Shown piece after piece: positions 1 to 12,128 of a DNA stretch of 64,000 bases. The notes beneath the pieces are model-generated. The model was given only the letters and a program-made list of their open reading frames with translations, had not been told where the DNA came from and ran no database searches. The translations under genes were made by a program, and so were the position numbers. The number at the start of each line of letters is the position of its first letter. The first letter of the stretch is position 1. Source of the stretch: Mobula hypostoma (Eukaryota); assembly GCF_963921235.1 (NCBI RefSeq), contig NC_086097.1, positions 5,394,001 to 5,458,000 of the forward strand, given 5' to 3'.

Positions 1-107
1 GTTTGTTGATTCTGTTGGTGTCTGCTACCCTCAGCCTGCTGCCCCAGCACACAACAGCAAACATGATAGCACTGGCCACCACAGACTCGTAGAACATCCT
101 CAGCATA
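1..107 (-). mobile_element. Rex1/Babar-like LINE ORF2 C-terminal fragment (runs off window start)
   Basis: Reverse complement matches the + strand copy at about 11352-11461 (MLRMFYESVVASA..CWGSRLRVADTNRINK). Confidence 0.75.
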
Positions 108-520
108 GGAAGCAAAGGCGGGTTACTGGCACCTTACAGCTGGTTGCACTGAGCAGCTGGGGCTTGTCAGCTGTGGTTGGCAGCTCCTGCGGGAGAAGGA
201 AAACACTAATCTCAAATCTCTGCTGCCTTGCAGCTATACCAAATCATAGGGAAGGCTTCGGGAGCCAAGGAAAAATCTGGAGCCGGAATTTCTAAGGCCA
301 TCCTGCGTTGTGTTCAATGGTGACTGGCATCTCCTGTAATGCTGATAGTGCCAAATTGTCAGTCTTTGCCAGTTCTTTGGATTCATCAGCTGTGTGGAGA
401 GGAGGAGCCCGCTACATGGACAACAGCTTGTTTGCCACGTTGTGCTGCCCTGGCTTGCGTATCACATAGATAGCTGGCTCACAACATCCATGGCTGACCC
501 TGACCAACAGAGGACTCAAA
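108..520 (+). mobile_element. 5'-truncated non-autonomous RTE-like element, family 1
   Basis: Homologous to 5277-5580 and to the minus-strand copy at 15195-15590 (gcaaaggcgggttactggc..gagaaggaaaac..ctcaaa.ctctgctgcctt). The RTE assignment is inference. Confidence 0.55.
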
Positions 521-904
521 TCACTGTAATGTCATGGAGCAGATTGCACACCTGTCCAATGAATAAGAACATATTTAACAAATTTTCCAAATAGTGATAC
601 GTGAAACTAGATAAGAATAAATGATGATAATAAAGTATAGTTCATCTGGAATTTGAAGTGCAACCATTTGCTAGACGTTTTTGTTCAAGCATAGGTTCCA
701 GGTACACTGTTTTAAACATTTCTTTTTTCTTCTCAGCTGTTTCTCATACATTCCTTTTGGTTCCTCTTTGCTTATTCAGTGAATATTACTCAAGTTTTCC
801 ATCCTTGTGGTTTTATTTCTCTCCTGATTCTGTTCTGGCTTTAGAATTTTGCATGTTCTGCAAAATGTGGTTGTGATTTTAGTAGTATATACATATAGGT
901 GACA

Positions 905-1350
905 CAAAAGGGCCAGAAACATCATGAAGGATCCCTCTCATCCTGCTCAAGGGCTGTTTGTCGCACTCCCATCAGGGAAGAAGCTCCATAGCATCCATAC
1001 CAGGATTACCTGACTCAAAAAACAATTTCTTTCCCCAGGCAGTGAGGCTGATCAACACCTCCACCCACTAACACACCCATCCACACTCCCAACCACCACT
1101 ACTTTATCATTTCCTGTCTGTCACCTTAGGCACAGATGCTCCTGTACCTACCATCACTTCATGGACATTAAATCAATCAATGTATAGAAGCTATCTTATG
1201 TATTTATATTTATTGTGTTTTTATTAATAATATGTTCTTTATCTCACCGTGTTTCTTTTTGTACTGCTATGGATCTGGAGTAACTATTACTTCATTTTCC
1301 TTTAAACTTGTGTACTGAAAATGACATTTCACAATTTTGAATCATGAATA
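905..1350 (+). mobile_element. Degraded L2/Rex-type LINE 3' end
   Basis: Shares the ctcccatcaggga..ggctgatcaacacctccaccca..AT-rich tail with 22110-22490. Confidence 0.55.
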
Positions 1351-1359
1351 TTGAAACAA

Positions 1360-2065
1360 AGATTGGAAGAGACACCACTTGACTTGGAAGATAGAGGGGA
1401 TAATTGAGGGAGGGCGATGGAGAATTTGACTAAGAAAATTGGGGGGATTACTGAGGGAGGGAAGATTTGACAGAGGAAGATTGGGGGGATTAGTGGGGGA
1501 AGTGGATGGTGCTTTGGCTAGGAAGATGGGGGATTATTGAGAGGAGAAAGAGGACTTGTTTAGGAAGATTGAGAGGATTATTGGTGGAGGGGAATGGAGG
1601 ATTTGACAAAGATTGGGAAGATTATTGAAGGAGAGAGATGGAGGATTTAACTAGGAAATTTGGGGGATTATTGAGGGAGGTTGATGGTGATTTGACTAGA
1701 AAGATTGGTAGGATTATTAATGTGGGGATGGACAATTTGATGAGAAATATTGAGAAGATTATTGAGGGGAGGGGATGAAGGATTTGACTGGAACATTGGG
1801 GGAATTATTGAGGAAGGGGGATAGAGGATTTGACTAGGAAGATTGGGGGAGTTATTGAGGGAGGGGATGGAGAATTTGTCTTGGAAGATTGGGAGGATTA
1901 TTGGGAAGGGGAATGGATAATTTGGCTGGCAAGTTTAGGAAGTTTAATGACAGAGGGAGATCTAAGATTTAACGAGGACAATTGGGGGGATTCTTGAGGG
2001 AAGAAGTTAGGGATTTGATGAGGAAGGTTGGGGTTACTAAGGGACAGGGATGGGATTTGACTAGA
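1360..2065 (+). repeat. G-rich minisatellite, ~46-bp unit, about 15 diverged copies
   Basis: Recurring unit similar to gattggggggattattgagggaggggatggaggatttgactaggaa. Confidence 0.85.
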
Positions 2066-2066
2066 T

Positions 2067-3085
2067 GTCTGCATTTGTACCCAATCATTGGCTTGTCCTT
2101 CCTTACATTCATGTTACATCCATCATCTACTTGTAAACCTGCTGGCTCATCCTCAGCTCTATCATACTGGTTCCCATCCCCCTGACATATTCGTTTAAAC
2201 CACTCTGAACGGCTCTAGTAAACCTGTCCATAAGAATATTGGTCCCCCTTGGAATCAAGTGCAACCCTTCCCATTTGTCCAGGTCCCACCTACCCCAGAA
2301 GAGGTTCCAATTATCCAGAAATCTGAATCCCTACACCCTGTTCCAATTCTTTAGCCATGCAATTACCCACCACCTCATTCTATTCCTGTACTCACTGTCG
2401 CATGGCACAGGTTGCATTACCAAGTATGCTACCTTTGAGGTCCTTCTTCTCAGCTTCCTTCCTAATTCCCTCTATTCTTTTTTCAGGACCCCCTCCCTTT
2501 TTCTACCTATGTCATTGGTACCAGTATGTACCACAACTTCTGGCTGCTCACCTTCCCCTTTCAGGAAATTGTGGAAGCATCCAGAAACGTCGCAGACCCC
2601 GGCACCCGGGAGGCAAACTGCCATCCATGTTTCCTTTACACGTCCACAGAATCACCTATCTACCCTGACTATACAGTCACCTATTAGTGCTGCCATCCTC
2701 TTCGGTTCCCTACCCTTCCAAGCCACAGGGCCAGACTCAGTGCCAGAAGCATGGCCACTGTTACTTCCCCTAGGTAGGTCATTCTCCCCCCCCAGTAATA
2801 CTCAAAATAGAGTACTTATTGTTGCGGGGGACAGCCATGGGGTGCTTTCCACTGTCTGACGTTCTCCCTTCCCTCTCTCGAGAATCACCCATTTATCTGT
2901 CTCCTGTAGCTTCTAGCCTTGATTTGGTCTTGGTTGACTACCTCCCTGTCTATCACTGCTTCATTTTCCCTAACAAGCCGAAGGTCATCGAGCTGCAGCT
3001 CCAGTTCCCTAACATGGTCTCTAAGGAGCTGCATCTCGATGCATCTGGTGCAGACATGGCCATCGGGAAGGCTGGAAGTCTCACA
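2067..3085 (-). mobile_element. CR1 LINE ORF1 (SGNH/GDSL esterase-like) remnant
   Basis: Minus-strand translation contains GDCIVR..CLPGA..VVVHTGTND..GLHLIPRGTNIL, with stops. Homologous to 27000-27415. Confidence 0.75.
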
Positions 3086-3950
3086 AAAGTTGGGGGTGTT
3101 GTGGATAGTCTGGAGGGTTGTTTGAGGTTACAGCGGGACATTGATAGGATGCAAAACTGGGCTGAGAAATAGCAGATGGTGTTCAACCCAGTTAAGTGTG
3201 AAGTGATTCAGTTTGATAGGTCAATTTGAAGACCGAATCTAATATTAATGATAAGACTCTTGACAGTGTGGAGAATCAGAGATCTTGAGGTCCGAGTCCT
3301 AGGACACTCAAAGCTGCTGCACAGGTTGACAGTGTTAAGAAGGTGTATGGTGTGTTGGCATTCATCCACTGTGGGACTGAGTTCAAGAGCCGCGAGGTAA
3401 TGTTACAGCTGTATGAGGCCTTGGTCAGGCCCCACTTGGAGTACTGTGCTCAGTTCTGGTCACCTCACTACAGGAAGGATGTGGAAACCATAGAAAGGGT
3501 GCAGATGAAATTTACAAGGATACTGGCTGGATTGGAGAGTATGCCTTATGAGAATAGATTGAGTGAATTTAGCTTTTTCTCCTTGGAGCGACGGAGGATG
3601 AGAGGTGACCTGATAGAGGTGTACAAGATGATGAAAGGCATTGATCGTGTGGATAGTCAGAGGCTTTTTCCCAGGGCTGAAATGGCTAACACAAGTGGGA
3701 AATAGGTACCAGGGGGTGTCGGGGTAAGTTTTCACACAGAGAGTGGTGGGTGTGTGGAATGCACTGCCAGTGGTGATGGCTGAAGTGGATACAATAGGGT
3801 CTTTTAAGAGACTCTTAGATAGATACATGGAGCTTTGAAAAATAGAGGGTTATGTGGTAGGGAGTTTCTAGGCAGTTTCTAGAGCAGGTTACATGGTCGG
3901 CACAACATTGTGGGCCGCAGGGTCTGTAATGTGATGTAGATTTCTATGTA
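3086..3950 (+). mobile_element. CR1 LINE 3' fragment inserted into the minus-strand CR1
   Basis: KVGGVVDS..RLQRDIDRM, LVRPHLEYCAQFWSP, LERRRMRGDLIEVYK; ends in a ttctatg-type tail. Confidence 0.9.
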
Positions 3951-4047
3951 CTCTGCCTCAGACTGCTTCCACAACTGCTCTGACAATGACTGGTCTGCTC
4001 GGTGCTACCCCTATTTTATAGAGACCTGGTTTTTATAGATCTTCACA

Positions 4048-4280
4048 GGACCTGTGTGGGAACACTTCTGTAGCGGCTGCACAGTGCTCCAACCACCGAC
4101 TCTCGTTGAAAAACATACTGCTTTTTAAACCTCTTCCTGGACCTGTGCAGGAATGCTTCTGTTGTGTCTGTGTAGCTCTGCAATCACTGACTCTCGTTGA
4201 AAAACTTACCGCTTTTTAAACCTCTTCGCTGGACCTATGCAGGAATGCTTCTGTTGTAGCTGCGCGGTTCTCCAATCAAT
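4048..4280 (-). repeat. Tandem 91-92-bp repeat (~2.5 copies), probably CR1 5' UTR monomers
   Basis: Units start at 4048, 4139 and 4231 (ggacctg..gactctcgttgaaaaac..gctttttaaacctctt) and lie upstream of the minus-strand CR1 ORF1. Confidence 0.7.
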
Positions 4281-4469
4281 AACCTTGTCATGTCTGTGTG
4301 GAGTCTACACCTTCCAAATACTGCTTCATGTGCTTCCCCTGGAAGCCACACTTCCTTCCTACATCCCAAGTGTAATTGTCGGTCAGTTATCTAGCCAGTG
4401 TTAGAATCTGGGAAGCGTTAATGAAAATGCGGGGTGAGTTGGGAGCATCAGGTTTCTGAGAGAGTACAT

Positions 4470-5060
4470 AATGGATAATCTCACCTCAGCACCACCTCAT
4501 TTGCCACAGCAGCATTTTCACTTCCTGAGGAGGTTGAAGTGGGTGAGGTTGCTCTCCCAAGTCTCCACCATTCTAACAAACTCTACAGCAGAACCACTGA
4601 CGGTGTCCTAACCAGCTGCATCACCATCTGGTATAGGAATTCCAAGGTATCTGTCTGCAAGGCCCTACGAAGGATTGCGAGCATTACAGACAAGATCACC
4701 GGGTCTCTTGTCCACCCACCAGAGATATTTATCGGGAGTGCTGCATATGCAGGGCCCTTGTCAATGATCCTTTCCATCTGTTTCAAAATCTCTATGATCA
4801 TCCCCAGCACCCCCCTGCCCCCCGACCATCAGGCAGGAAGCCACATAACATTAGGACAAGGGCTTTTAGGATGGGAAACAACTACTCCCCTAGACCGTGA
4901 GATTACTGAACTCACTTTCACCACTCAGATCTCATCACATGTGAAGATCCAGTAGCATTATATTGTTTACTTTTTGACCTGTGTTGTAAATGTCCTTATG
5001 CTAAATGTCAATCTTCTGTAATATATTTTATTATTTGTTAATTTATTTGTGATAATATTA
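4470..5060 (+). mobile_element. Degraded Rex/L2-type LINE ORF2 C-terminus and tail
   Basis: HFHFLRRLK..YSRTTDGVLTSCITIWYRN motif shared with 18155-18790 and 31830-32330. Confidence 0.6.
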
Positions 5061-5066
5061 CTTTAG

Positions 5067-5580
5067 GGTTCCTTATGGTTGCTCTAGCCGGGGAGGTGGG
5101 GTGCAGTATGGGAGGCATGGTAATGGGGATAAGCTCCCACTACCTATTAAATGCTCCCAATGATATGCATTTTAAATAACACAGATCAAAGTTGCTGGTG
5201 AACGCAGCAGGCCAGGCAGCATCTCTAGGAAGTGGTACAGTCGACGTTTCAGGCCGAAACCCTTCGTCAGGACCTGTGCTTTAAAACCAATCACTTCAGG
5301 CAGATGGGCTGAGCAGCAATGTTCGGCAGTTCATCAGAAAAAGGAAAACTCTTGTCTCAAACCTCTTCAGCCTTGAGGCTTTACTCACACATGGGGAAGG
5401 CTTCAGGTGTAAACCCAGAGGGAAAATCCAGAACTGGATTTCAATGCTGATTGGTATCTCCTGCGATGCTGCTGTTGCCGAACTGTATAGTTCTTTGCTG
5501 TTTCTTTGAGTTCATCTGATGCTTGAGGAGGGAGAGCCTGGTACATGGGCAACAGCTTGTGCACCTTAGTCCAGAGGAAT
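5067..5580 (+). mobile_element. RTE-like non-autonomous element family 1, core replaced by a Penelope-like terminal fragment (~5178-5275)
   Basis: Starts ggttcctta..tggtaatggggataagctcccactacc like the 15762 copy, and resumes at ttaaaacca after the insert. Confidence 0.55.
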
Positions 5581-5764
5581 GTTTTTTTGATAGACAGTAT
5601 ACATGTATGTGGTTGAATGAAAATAAACTTGACCTTGAACTTGAGAATTTAAAAGATGTTATTAATGTAAGTTTTGTGTAAATAGGTGGTTGATGGTCAT
5701 CACAGACTTGCCAATTCGGTATCTTCCTATGACATTTGCATTCTCTGTGCGTGTCACTCCACAT

Positions 5765-7149
5765 CAAGAAGGGAGAGAGAAACTATAGGCCAGTTGGTTT
5801 GTCCTCAGTCGTTAGGAAGATGTTGGAGTCGATTATTAAGGACGAGGTTTCAGGGAGCTTAGAGGCACACAATAAAATAAGTAATCGTCAGCACGGTTTG
5901 CTCAAGGGAAAATCTTGCCTGACAAATCTGTTGGAATTCTTTGACAAAATACCGAGCAGGATAGACAAAGGAGAATTGGTTGATGTTGTGCACTTGGATT
6001 TTCAGAAGGCCTTTGACAAGGTGCCACACATAAAGATGCTTAACAAGCTACGAGCCCTATAAGAAAGATTCTAGCATAGATAAAGCAGTGGCTGATTGGC
6101 AAGAGGCAAAGATTGGGATTAAAAGGAGCCTTTTCTGACTGGTTGTCGGTGGCTAGTAGTGTGCAACAGGGTTCTGTGTTTGGACTGATTCTTTTTACAT
6201 TAAATGTCAATGATTTGGATGATGGAATTGATGGCTTTGTTGCAAAATTTGCAGACAATATGAACATAGATGGGGGGGAGGTAGTTGTGAGGAAGTAGAG
6301 AGGCTGCAGAAGGACTTAGACAGATTAGGATAATGGGTAAAGAACTGGCAGATGGAATACAGTGTCACAAATGGAATGGCAGAAGAAATGAAAGGGTTGA
6401 CTATTTTCTAAGTGGAGAGAAAGTACAAAAATCTGAGGTGCAAAGGGACTTTGGAATCCCTGTGCAGGATTGCTTAAAGGTTCATTTGCAGATTCAGTCA
6501 GTGGTGAGGAAAGTAATTGCAATGTTAGCATTCATTTCAAGAGGACTAGAATATAAAAGCAAGGATGTAATGGTGAAACTTTGTTAAGAACTGGTGAGGC
6601 CTCACTTGGAGGATTGTAAGCAGGTTTGGGCACCTTATCTTAGAAAGGACATGCCAGAACTGGAGAGGGTTCAAAGGAGGTTCACAGAAATGATTCCAGG
6701 ATTGAATGGCTTGTCAGATGAAGAGCGTTTGATGGCTCTGGGCCTGTATTCACTAGAATTCAGAAGATTGAGGGGTGACCACATTAAAACCTATTGAATG
6801 AGTGGATGTGCAGAGGATGTTTCCTGTGGTTGGAGAGTCTAAGACCAGAGGACACGGCCTCAAAATTGTGGGGCGTCCTTTCAGAATGGAGATGAGGAGA
6901 ATGTTCTTTAGTCAGATAGTGGTGAACCCGTGGAATTTTTTGCCACATGCAGCTGCAGAGGTCAAGTCATTATGTATATTTAAGGCAGAGGCTGATAGAT
7001 TCATGATTGGTCAGGGCATGAAAGGATATGGGGAGAAGGCAGGAAACTGGAGTGGAGAGAAATATTGAATCAGCAATGGTAAAATAGCAGAGCAGACTCG
7101 ATGGGACGAATGGCCTAAATCTGCTCCAATATCTTATGGCCTTATGGAC
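5765..7149 (+). mobile_element. CR1 LINE ORF2 (RT) fragment, degraded
   Basis: NYRPVGL, KGKSCLTNLLEFF, DFQKAFDKVPH, FADN and RPHLEDC across frameshifted ORFs; tcttatgg tail. Confidence 0.9.
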
Positions 7150-8366
7150 TTTTGCTTCAAGTATTTTCGTTTTTCCTCCACTATTTCTAAATAAATTCAG
7201 GTTGTTATAAGTCTTTCCCTTTCCTGGTGTATGATTGGTGACGCACATGTAGTTTGCTAAGTTAATGTAGACATAGCAGTTTTTAAAGAATGTGTACTAT
7301 TTCTAATTATTCTGAAACTTAGTACTTACCGCAGTTGTAGCAAATTTTGCCATATGCGAAACACTGAATTGGGTTGTTCCTGCGCACAGCAATCACATGA
7401 CGTTTTTCTTTAAAATGCTGTCTTGCTCTCTTGTCAGTTTTGTCAGCGTATTATTATATTTCTTGATATATTCACACTTTTTTACAGCGTTTACATTGCA
7501 GTTTTCAACAAAAAGCTCTTCAGCCTGTGACATTACGGTCTCAGAAGCTTTACTGAGCACGAAAACTTTTTCAAAATTTAAATCTTGCTCTCTCAGCAGC
7601 CTTTCTCTCAGTGCATTATCTCGAATGCCACAAACTATTCTATCTTTAATGAGAGAGTCCGTGAGCAATCCAAACTTGCACATTCTACTACGCTTTCTTA
7701 ACTCAGTCACATACTGATCAATTGTTTTAGTAGCTCTCTGCGCACATATGAAGAACTTAAATCGTTCATACGTTAAATTACGCTTAGGTATACAAAATAC
7801 TTCAAATCGGTCCATTATCGACTTTAAATTGAATATCTCCATCTTCAAAGACAAAATTATTATATACCTCTTACTGCGTCATTCCCGATTACATGGAGCA
7901 GGATTGCAGCTTTAATTTTGTCTGCTTTTCTATCAGCTCTGATCGCCGATAAATATATTTCAAACTGTTGCATGAATATCCTCCAATTCTCAGCTACATT
8001 GCCAGTCAGCTGCAATTTTGGTGGGTGTTGTAAACCTTCCATTTCACCGCTTACAGTTAGAACCTTTTTCTTTTTTTTCCTGATTATCTTCAATTCTCAA
8101 TTCTCCCGTATTATTCTTCTAGAACCATTTCTGACACCATGTTATGTTACTTCCGTTTAAACGTACTGTGGTTAACAGTAAAGAATTATATTCCGGAAGA
8201 ATTAGAGAACTTTTATTCACAGTAATGAACAAACTCGTCTTAACCCAGCCACGTGCTGGAACTTTCTAGCAATCCTGTGCATGCTCAGTGCTTTGTGCAA
8301 TTATGTACTGGCACATCATTGCACGTGATATCACGACAAACATAGAACATAAGAGATGTCGTAACA
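7150..8366 (-). mobile_element. Ty3/Gypsy LTR retrotransposon 5' part: LTR 8140-8366, PBS 8125-8139, frameshifted gag, protease remnant
   Basis: LTR reads TGTTA..TAACA with AATAAA at 8217-8212. PBS is TGGTGTCAGAAATGG (tRNA-Leu-like). gag starts at ATG 8042: GNVAENWRIF, ERFKFF..Q..TIDQYVTELR, IKDRIVCGIRD..RERLLRE, knuckle CFAYGKICYNCGK. Confidence 0.85.
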
Positions 8367-8392
8367 TATACACTCTCAAGCGTGCATTTTTT

Positions 8393-9012
8393 TTAGATTA
8401 TGAAGACACGCAGTCCTCTTTGATTGTCATTTAGTAATGCATGCATTAAGAAATGATACAATATTTCCTCCGGTGTGATATCACAAAACACAGGACAGAC
8501 CAAGACTGAAAAAACTAACAAAACCACATAATTATAACATATAGTTACAACAGTGCAACAATACCATAACTTGATGAAGAAGTCCATGAGCACAGTAAAA
8601 AGTTCAAAGTCTCTCATATGTCCCACATCTCACACAGACGAGAGAAGGAAGAAAACTCTCCCTGCCATACCTGACCACAATCCGACTCTGAGTCATCCGA
8701 AAACTTTGAGCCTCCGATCAGCTCTCCGACACCGAGTACTGAGCGCCATCTCTATCTAAACGATTCGACCTCCATCTCGTTGGCCAACAGCAGACAAAGC
8801 CGGCGATTTTGTGGCCTTCCCTCCGAAAGATTCCCGACCATGGAGTAACAACAGCAGCAAACTGGTGTTTCAGAAATTTCTCCAGATGTTCCTCTGTGGT
8901 TTCACGTCCCTCTCCATCATATCAGAATTGTCCACGGCCCCTATTTAACAGATACAATATAATTTTTCACCGGAGGGTTGCGCACGCGTGGCGTGCTGTT
9001 CTCTCTCCTCCC
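8393..9012 (-). mobile_element. ~620-bp non-autonomous retroposon with (AATCT)n-type tail
   Basis: Reverse complement is highly similar to 10150-10768; the same tail recurs at 19983-20045. Confidence 0.7.
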
Positions 9013-9019
9013 GCCGTAA

Positions 9020-10145
9020 TAAATAGAGAATTTCAAGTTCCTTGGTGTCAGCATCTCTGAGGATCTATCTTGGGCCAAACACATTGATGCAATTACAAAG
9101 AAGGCACAACAGCAGCTGTATTTCATTTGGATTCTGAGGTATGTCACCAAAGATTCTGGCAAATTTCTGCATAATTCTGCAGGACGTGAAGGCATTCTCA
9201 CTGGTTGTATCACCACCTGGTATACGGGGAGGGGCTACTGCACAGGATCAAAAAAAGCTGCAGAAAGTTGTGAACCCAATTAGCTCCATCATGGTCACCA
9301 GCATCCAGGACATCTTCAAGGGGTGATGCCTCAGAAAGTTGGTATCCATCATTATTGACCCCCATCACTCATGACATGCCCTCTTCTCATTGTTACCAGC
9401 AAGGAGAAGGCATAGGAGCCTGAAGACAAACACTCAACATTTCAGGAATAGTTTCTTCCCCTCTGCCACCATATTTCTGAATGTGCATTGAACCCAGGAA
9501 CACTATCTCTCTGTTTTATTGGATCCTGAAGAAGTGTCTTGGTTGAAAACGTCGACTGTTTATTCATTTTCGTAGATGCTGCCTGACTTGCTGAGTTCCT
9601 CCAGCATTTTGTGTGTGTTGCTTTGGGTTTCCAGCATCTGCAGACTTCCTTTTTATCCCTCTTTTTGCACTGCTTATTTAATTTAACTAATAAAAAATAT
9701 TGTGGCAATCATTTGGTCCATAATGACAGATGAGGAAGCTCTTTAACCCAACAACTGTTTTATTGCGATAAACAGAAAACAGACCGTGCACCATGACCCG
9801 GAGAGTGAACCCAACCAGTCCCACACAGACAGGGAAGGTGATCATTTCACACCCTGGTTACAGTTTCAAATACACAAGCGAATAACTATATAACCCAAGC
9901 TAAAATGTAACAATAAATGAACTTGAACATCCCACCATAAACCCACAAAAGCATTTTAACACAAGAACAATAAACAGTACTGGTCATTAAAAACGTAGGA
10001 GTGGATTGTCGACCATGCTCCGGCACCAACCTCCGGAGTGTGAAATATATACACCGTATGCACTTACTGTCATTTACAGTTTTTATTATTGCTATTACAA
10101 TGTACTGCTGCAGCAAAACAAAACATTTCAGAACATTTACCAGTA
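9020..10145 (+). mobile_element. Degraded Rex/L2-type LINE 3' part, interrupted by a PLE terminal fragment (~9520-9655) and an unidentified ~340-bp insert (~9701-10040)
   Basis: FKFLGVSISEDLSW..KKAQQQLYF motif; the tail continues after the inserts. Confidence 0.55.
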
Positions 10146-10149
10146 AGGT

Positions 10150-10768
10150 GGAGGAGAAGATGGTGGCGCGCCTGCATTGCGCAGCCCTCCGGTGAAAAAT
10201 GATATCGTATCTGTTAAATAGGGGCTGTGAACAATTCTGATTTGATGGAGAAGGACGTGAAAACACAGAGGAACATCTGGAGAAATTTCTGAAACGCCCG
10301 TTGGCTGCTGTCGTTACTGTGCAGTCTGGAATCTTTTAGAGGGTAGGCCTCAAAATCCCCGGCCTTGCCTGCTTTTGGCGACTGAGAAGGAGGTCGAATC
10401 TTTCGGACAGAGATGGCGCTCAGTACTCGGTGTCAGAGAGCTGATCAGGGCTCGTAGTTTTCGGAAGACTCAGAGTCAGATTGTGGTCGGCATGGCAGGG
10501 AGAGTTTTTCTTCCTTCTCTCGTCTGCGTGAGATGTGGGACATTTGAGAAACTTTGAACTTTACTGTGCTCGTGGACTTCTTCATCAAGTTATGGTATTG
10601 TTGCGCTGTTGTAACTATATGTTATATTTATGTGGTTTTGTTAGTTTTTTTCAGTCTTGGTCTGTCCTGTGTTTTGTGATATCACACCGGAGGAAATAAT
10701 GTATCATTTCTTAATGCATGCATTACTAAATGACAATAAAAGAGGACTGCGTGTCTTCATAATCTAAT
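10150..10768 (+). mobile_element. ~620-bp non-autonomous retroposon (second copy)
   Basis: Starts ggaggagaagatggtggcg and ends aataaaagaggactgcgtgtcttcataatctaat; inverted homolog at 8393-9012. Confidence 0.7.
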
Positions 10769-10924
10769 ATGAAATCTGATTGTGAGACTCTGTGGTGATT
10801 TGCTTTCAACTCACTATTCAACATGATCATGGCTGATCTATACTGACCTCAACTCCTCGTGTGTAGCCTTTGTTCTATTTTGTGAAAGGCAAAATATTGC
10901 TTTAAATATTGACAATGGAAACAG

Positions 10925-12128
10925 TATAGGGGGTGACCAGGGAGGGTGGCACCTCTGGTAAAGGGCTTGTCCTGTCCATACTGGACAGCTCACTCACCTT
11001 TGGACCCCACCGGAAGCTCAGCACTCACCTCTGGCTCTAAGTAGTTGTTTGGTTGTGACAGTGACCACACTCCAGTACACTGCTTCCACTGCCAGGCCAA
11101 ACCAGGTGAGGGTGGCGGCAGGTCTCATACTCCAATGAGATGCCTGTCCTAGGACGTGAAGCAGCTTTGGCAGGTTGACCCTTGTTTCCATCCAGGGGGT
11201 CAGTGTGAACATGGTGGAGGATTACGAATACCTGAGGATACGAATTGACAATATACTGGACTGGTCAAAGAACACTGAGGCTGTCTAAAAGAAGGTTCAG
11301 AGCCGTCTCTATTTCCTGAGGAGACTGACGTCCTTTAACATCTGCCGGACGATGCTGAGGATGTTCTACGAGTCTGTGGTGGCCAGTGCGATCATGTTTG
11401 CTGTTGTGTGCTGTTGTGGGGCAGCAGGCTGAGGGTAGCAGACACCAACAGAATCAACAAACTCATTCGTAAGGCCAGTGATGTTGTGGGGATGGAACTG
11501 GACTCTCTCACGGTGGTGTCTGAAAAGAGGATGCTGTCCAAGTTGCATGCCATCTTGGACAATGTCTCCCATCCACTACATAATGTACTGGTTGGGCACA
11601 GGAGTACATTCAGCCAGAGACTCATTCCACCGAGATGCAACACAGAGCGTCATAGGAAGTCATTCCTGCCTGTGACCATCAAACTCTACAACTCCTCCCT
11701 TGGAGGGTCAGACACCCTGAGCTGATAGGCTGGTCCTGGACTTATTTCCTGGCATAATTTACATATTACTTTTTAACTATTTATGGTTTTATTACTATTT
11801 AATTATTTATGGTGCAACTGTAACGAAAGCCAATTTCCCCCGGGATCAATAAAGTATGACTATGACTATGTGCAGTTGAGATCTAACAGCCAGGAAGACA
11901 GTACTGCAATGCTCTGTGGAGAGCGAAGGGAAAGACAAGGCACAGAAGAAGTCATGGTCATCCACTGCAACCAAGGAAGACTCCAGTTTGTGATGCTTGT
12001 TCGAAAACTGGATCCAGACTTCTGATTTCAGGACAGTGGAACTGCCCCAGTGCAACGACTTTTGCACATTGAAAACTCTCCCACACAAGTTTCCTGTCAT
12101 CATCGGGCACGATGGGCAACCATCATTA
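10925..12128 (+). mobile_element. RTE-like non-autonomous element family 2, split by a Rex1-like insertion
   Basis: 10925-11150 and 11880-12128 are homologous to the reverse complement of 50847-51420; ends cacgatgggcaaccatcat. Confidence 0.6.
11175..11870 (+). mobile_element. Rex1/Babar-like LINE 3' fragment with (GACTAT)n tail
   Basis: YLRIRIDN.LDWSKNTEAV..QSRLYFLRRL, HPLHNVL..RCNTERHRKSFLP; near-identical to 42466-42820. Confidence 0.8.

Noticed and set aside
2239..2859. 206-aa + strand ORF
   Set aside because: Antisense shadow of CR1 ORF1; no recognisable product.
1360..4280. Tandem arrays as possible CRISPR
   Set aside because: Head-to-tail degenerate units without unique spacers, no cas genes, eukaryotic context.
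9701..10040. Possible solo LTR (starts TGT, AATAAA on minus strand)
   Set aside because: No clear ..CA end or TSD found; left unclassified.
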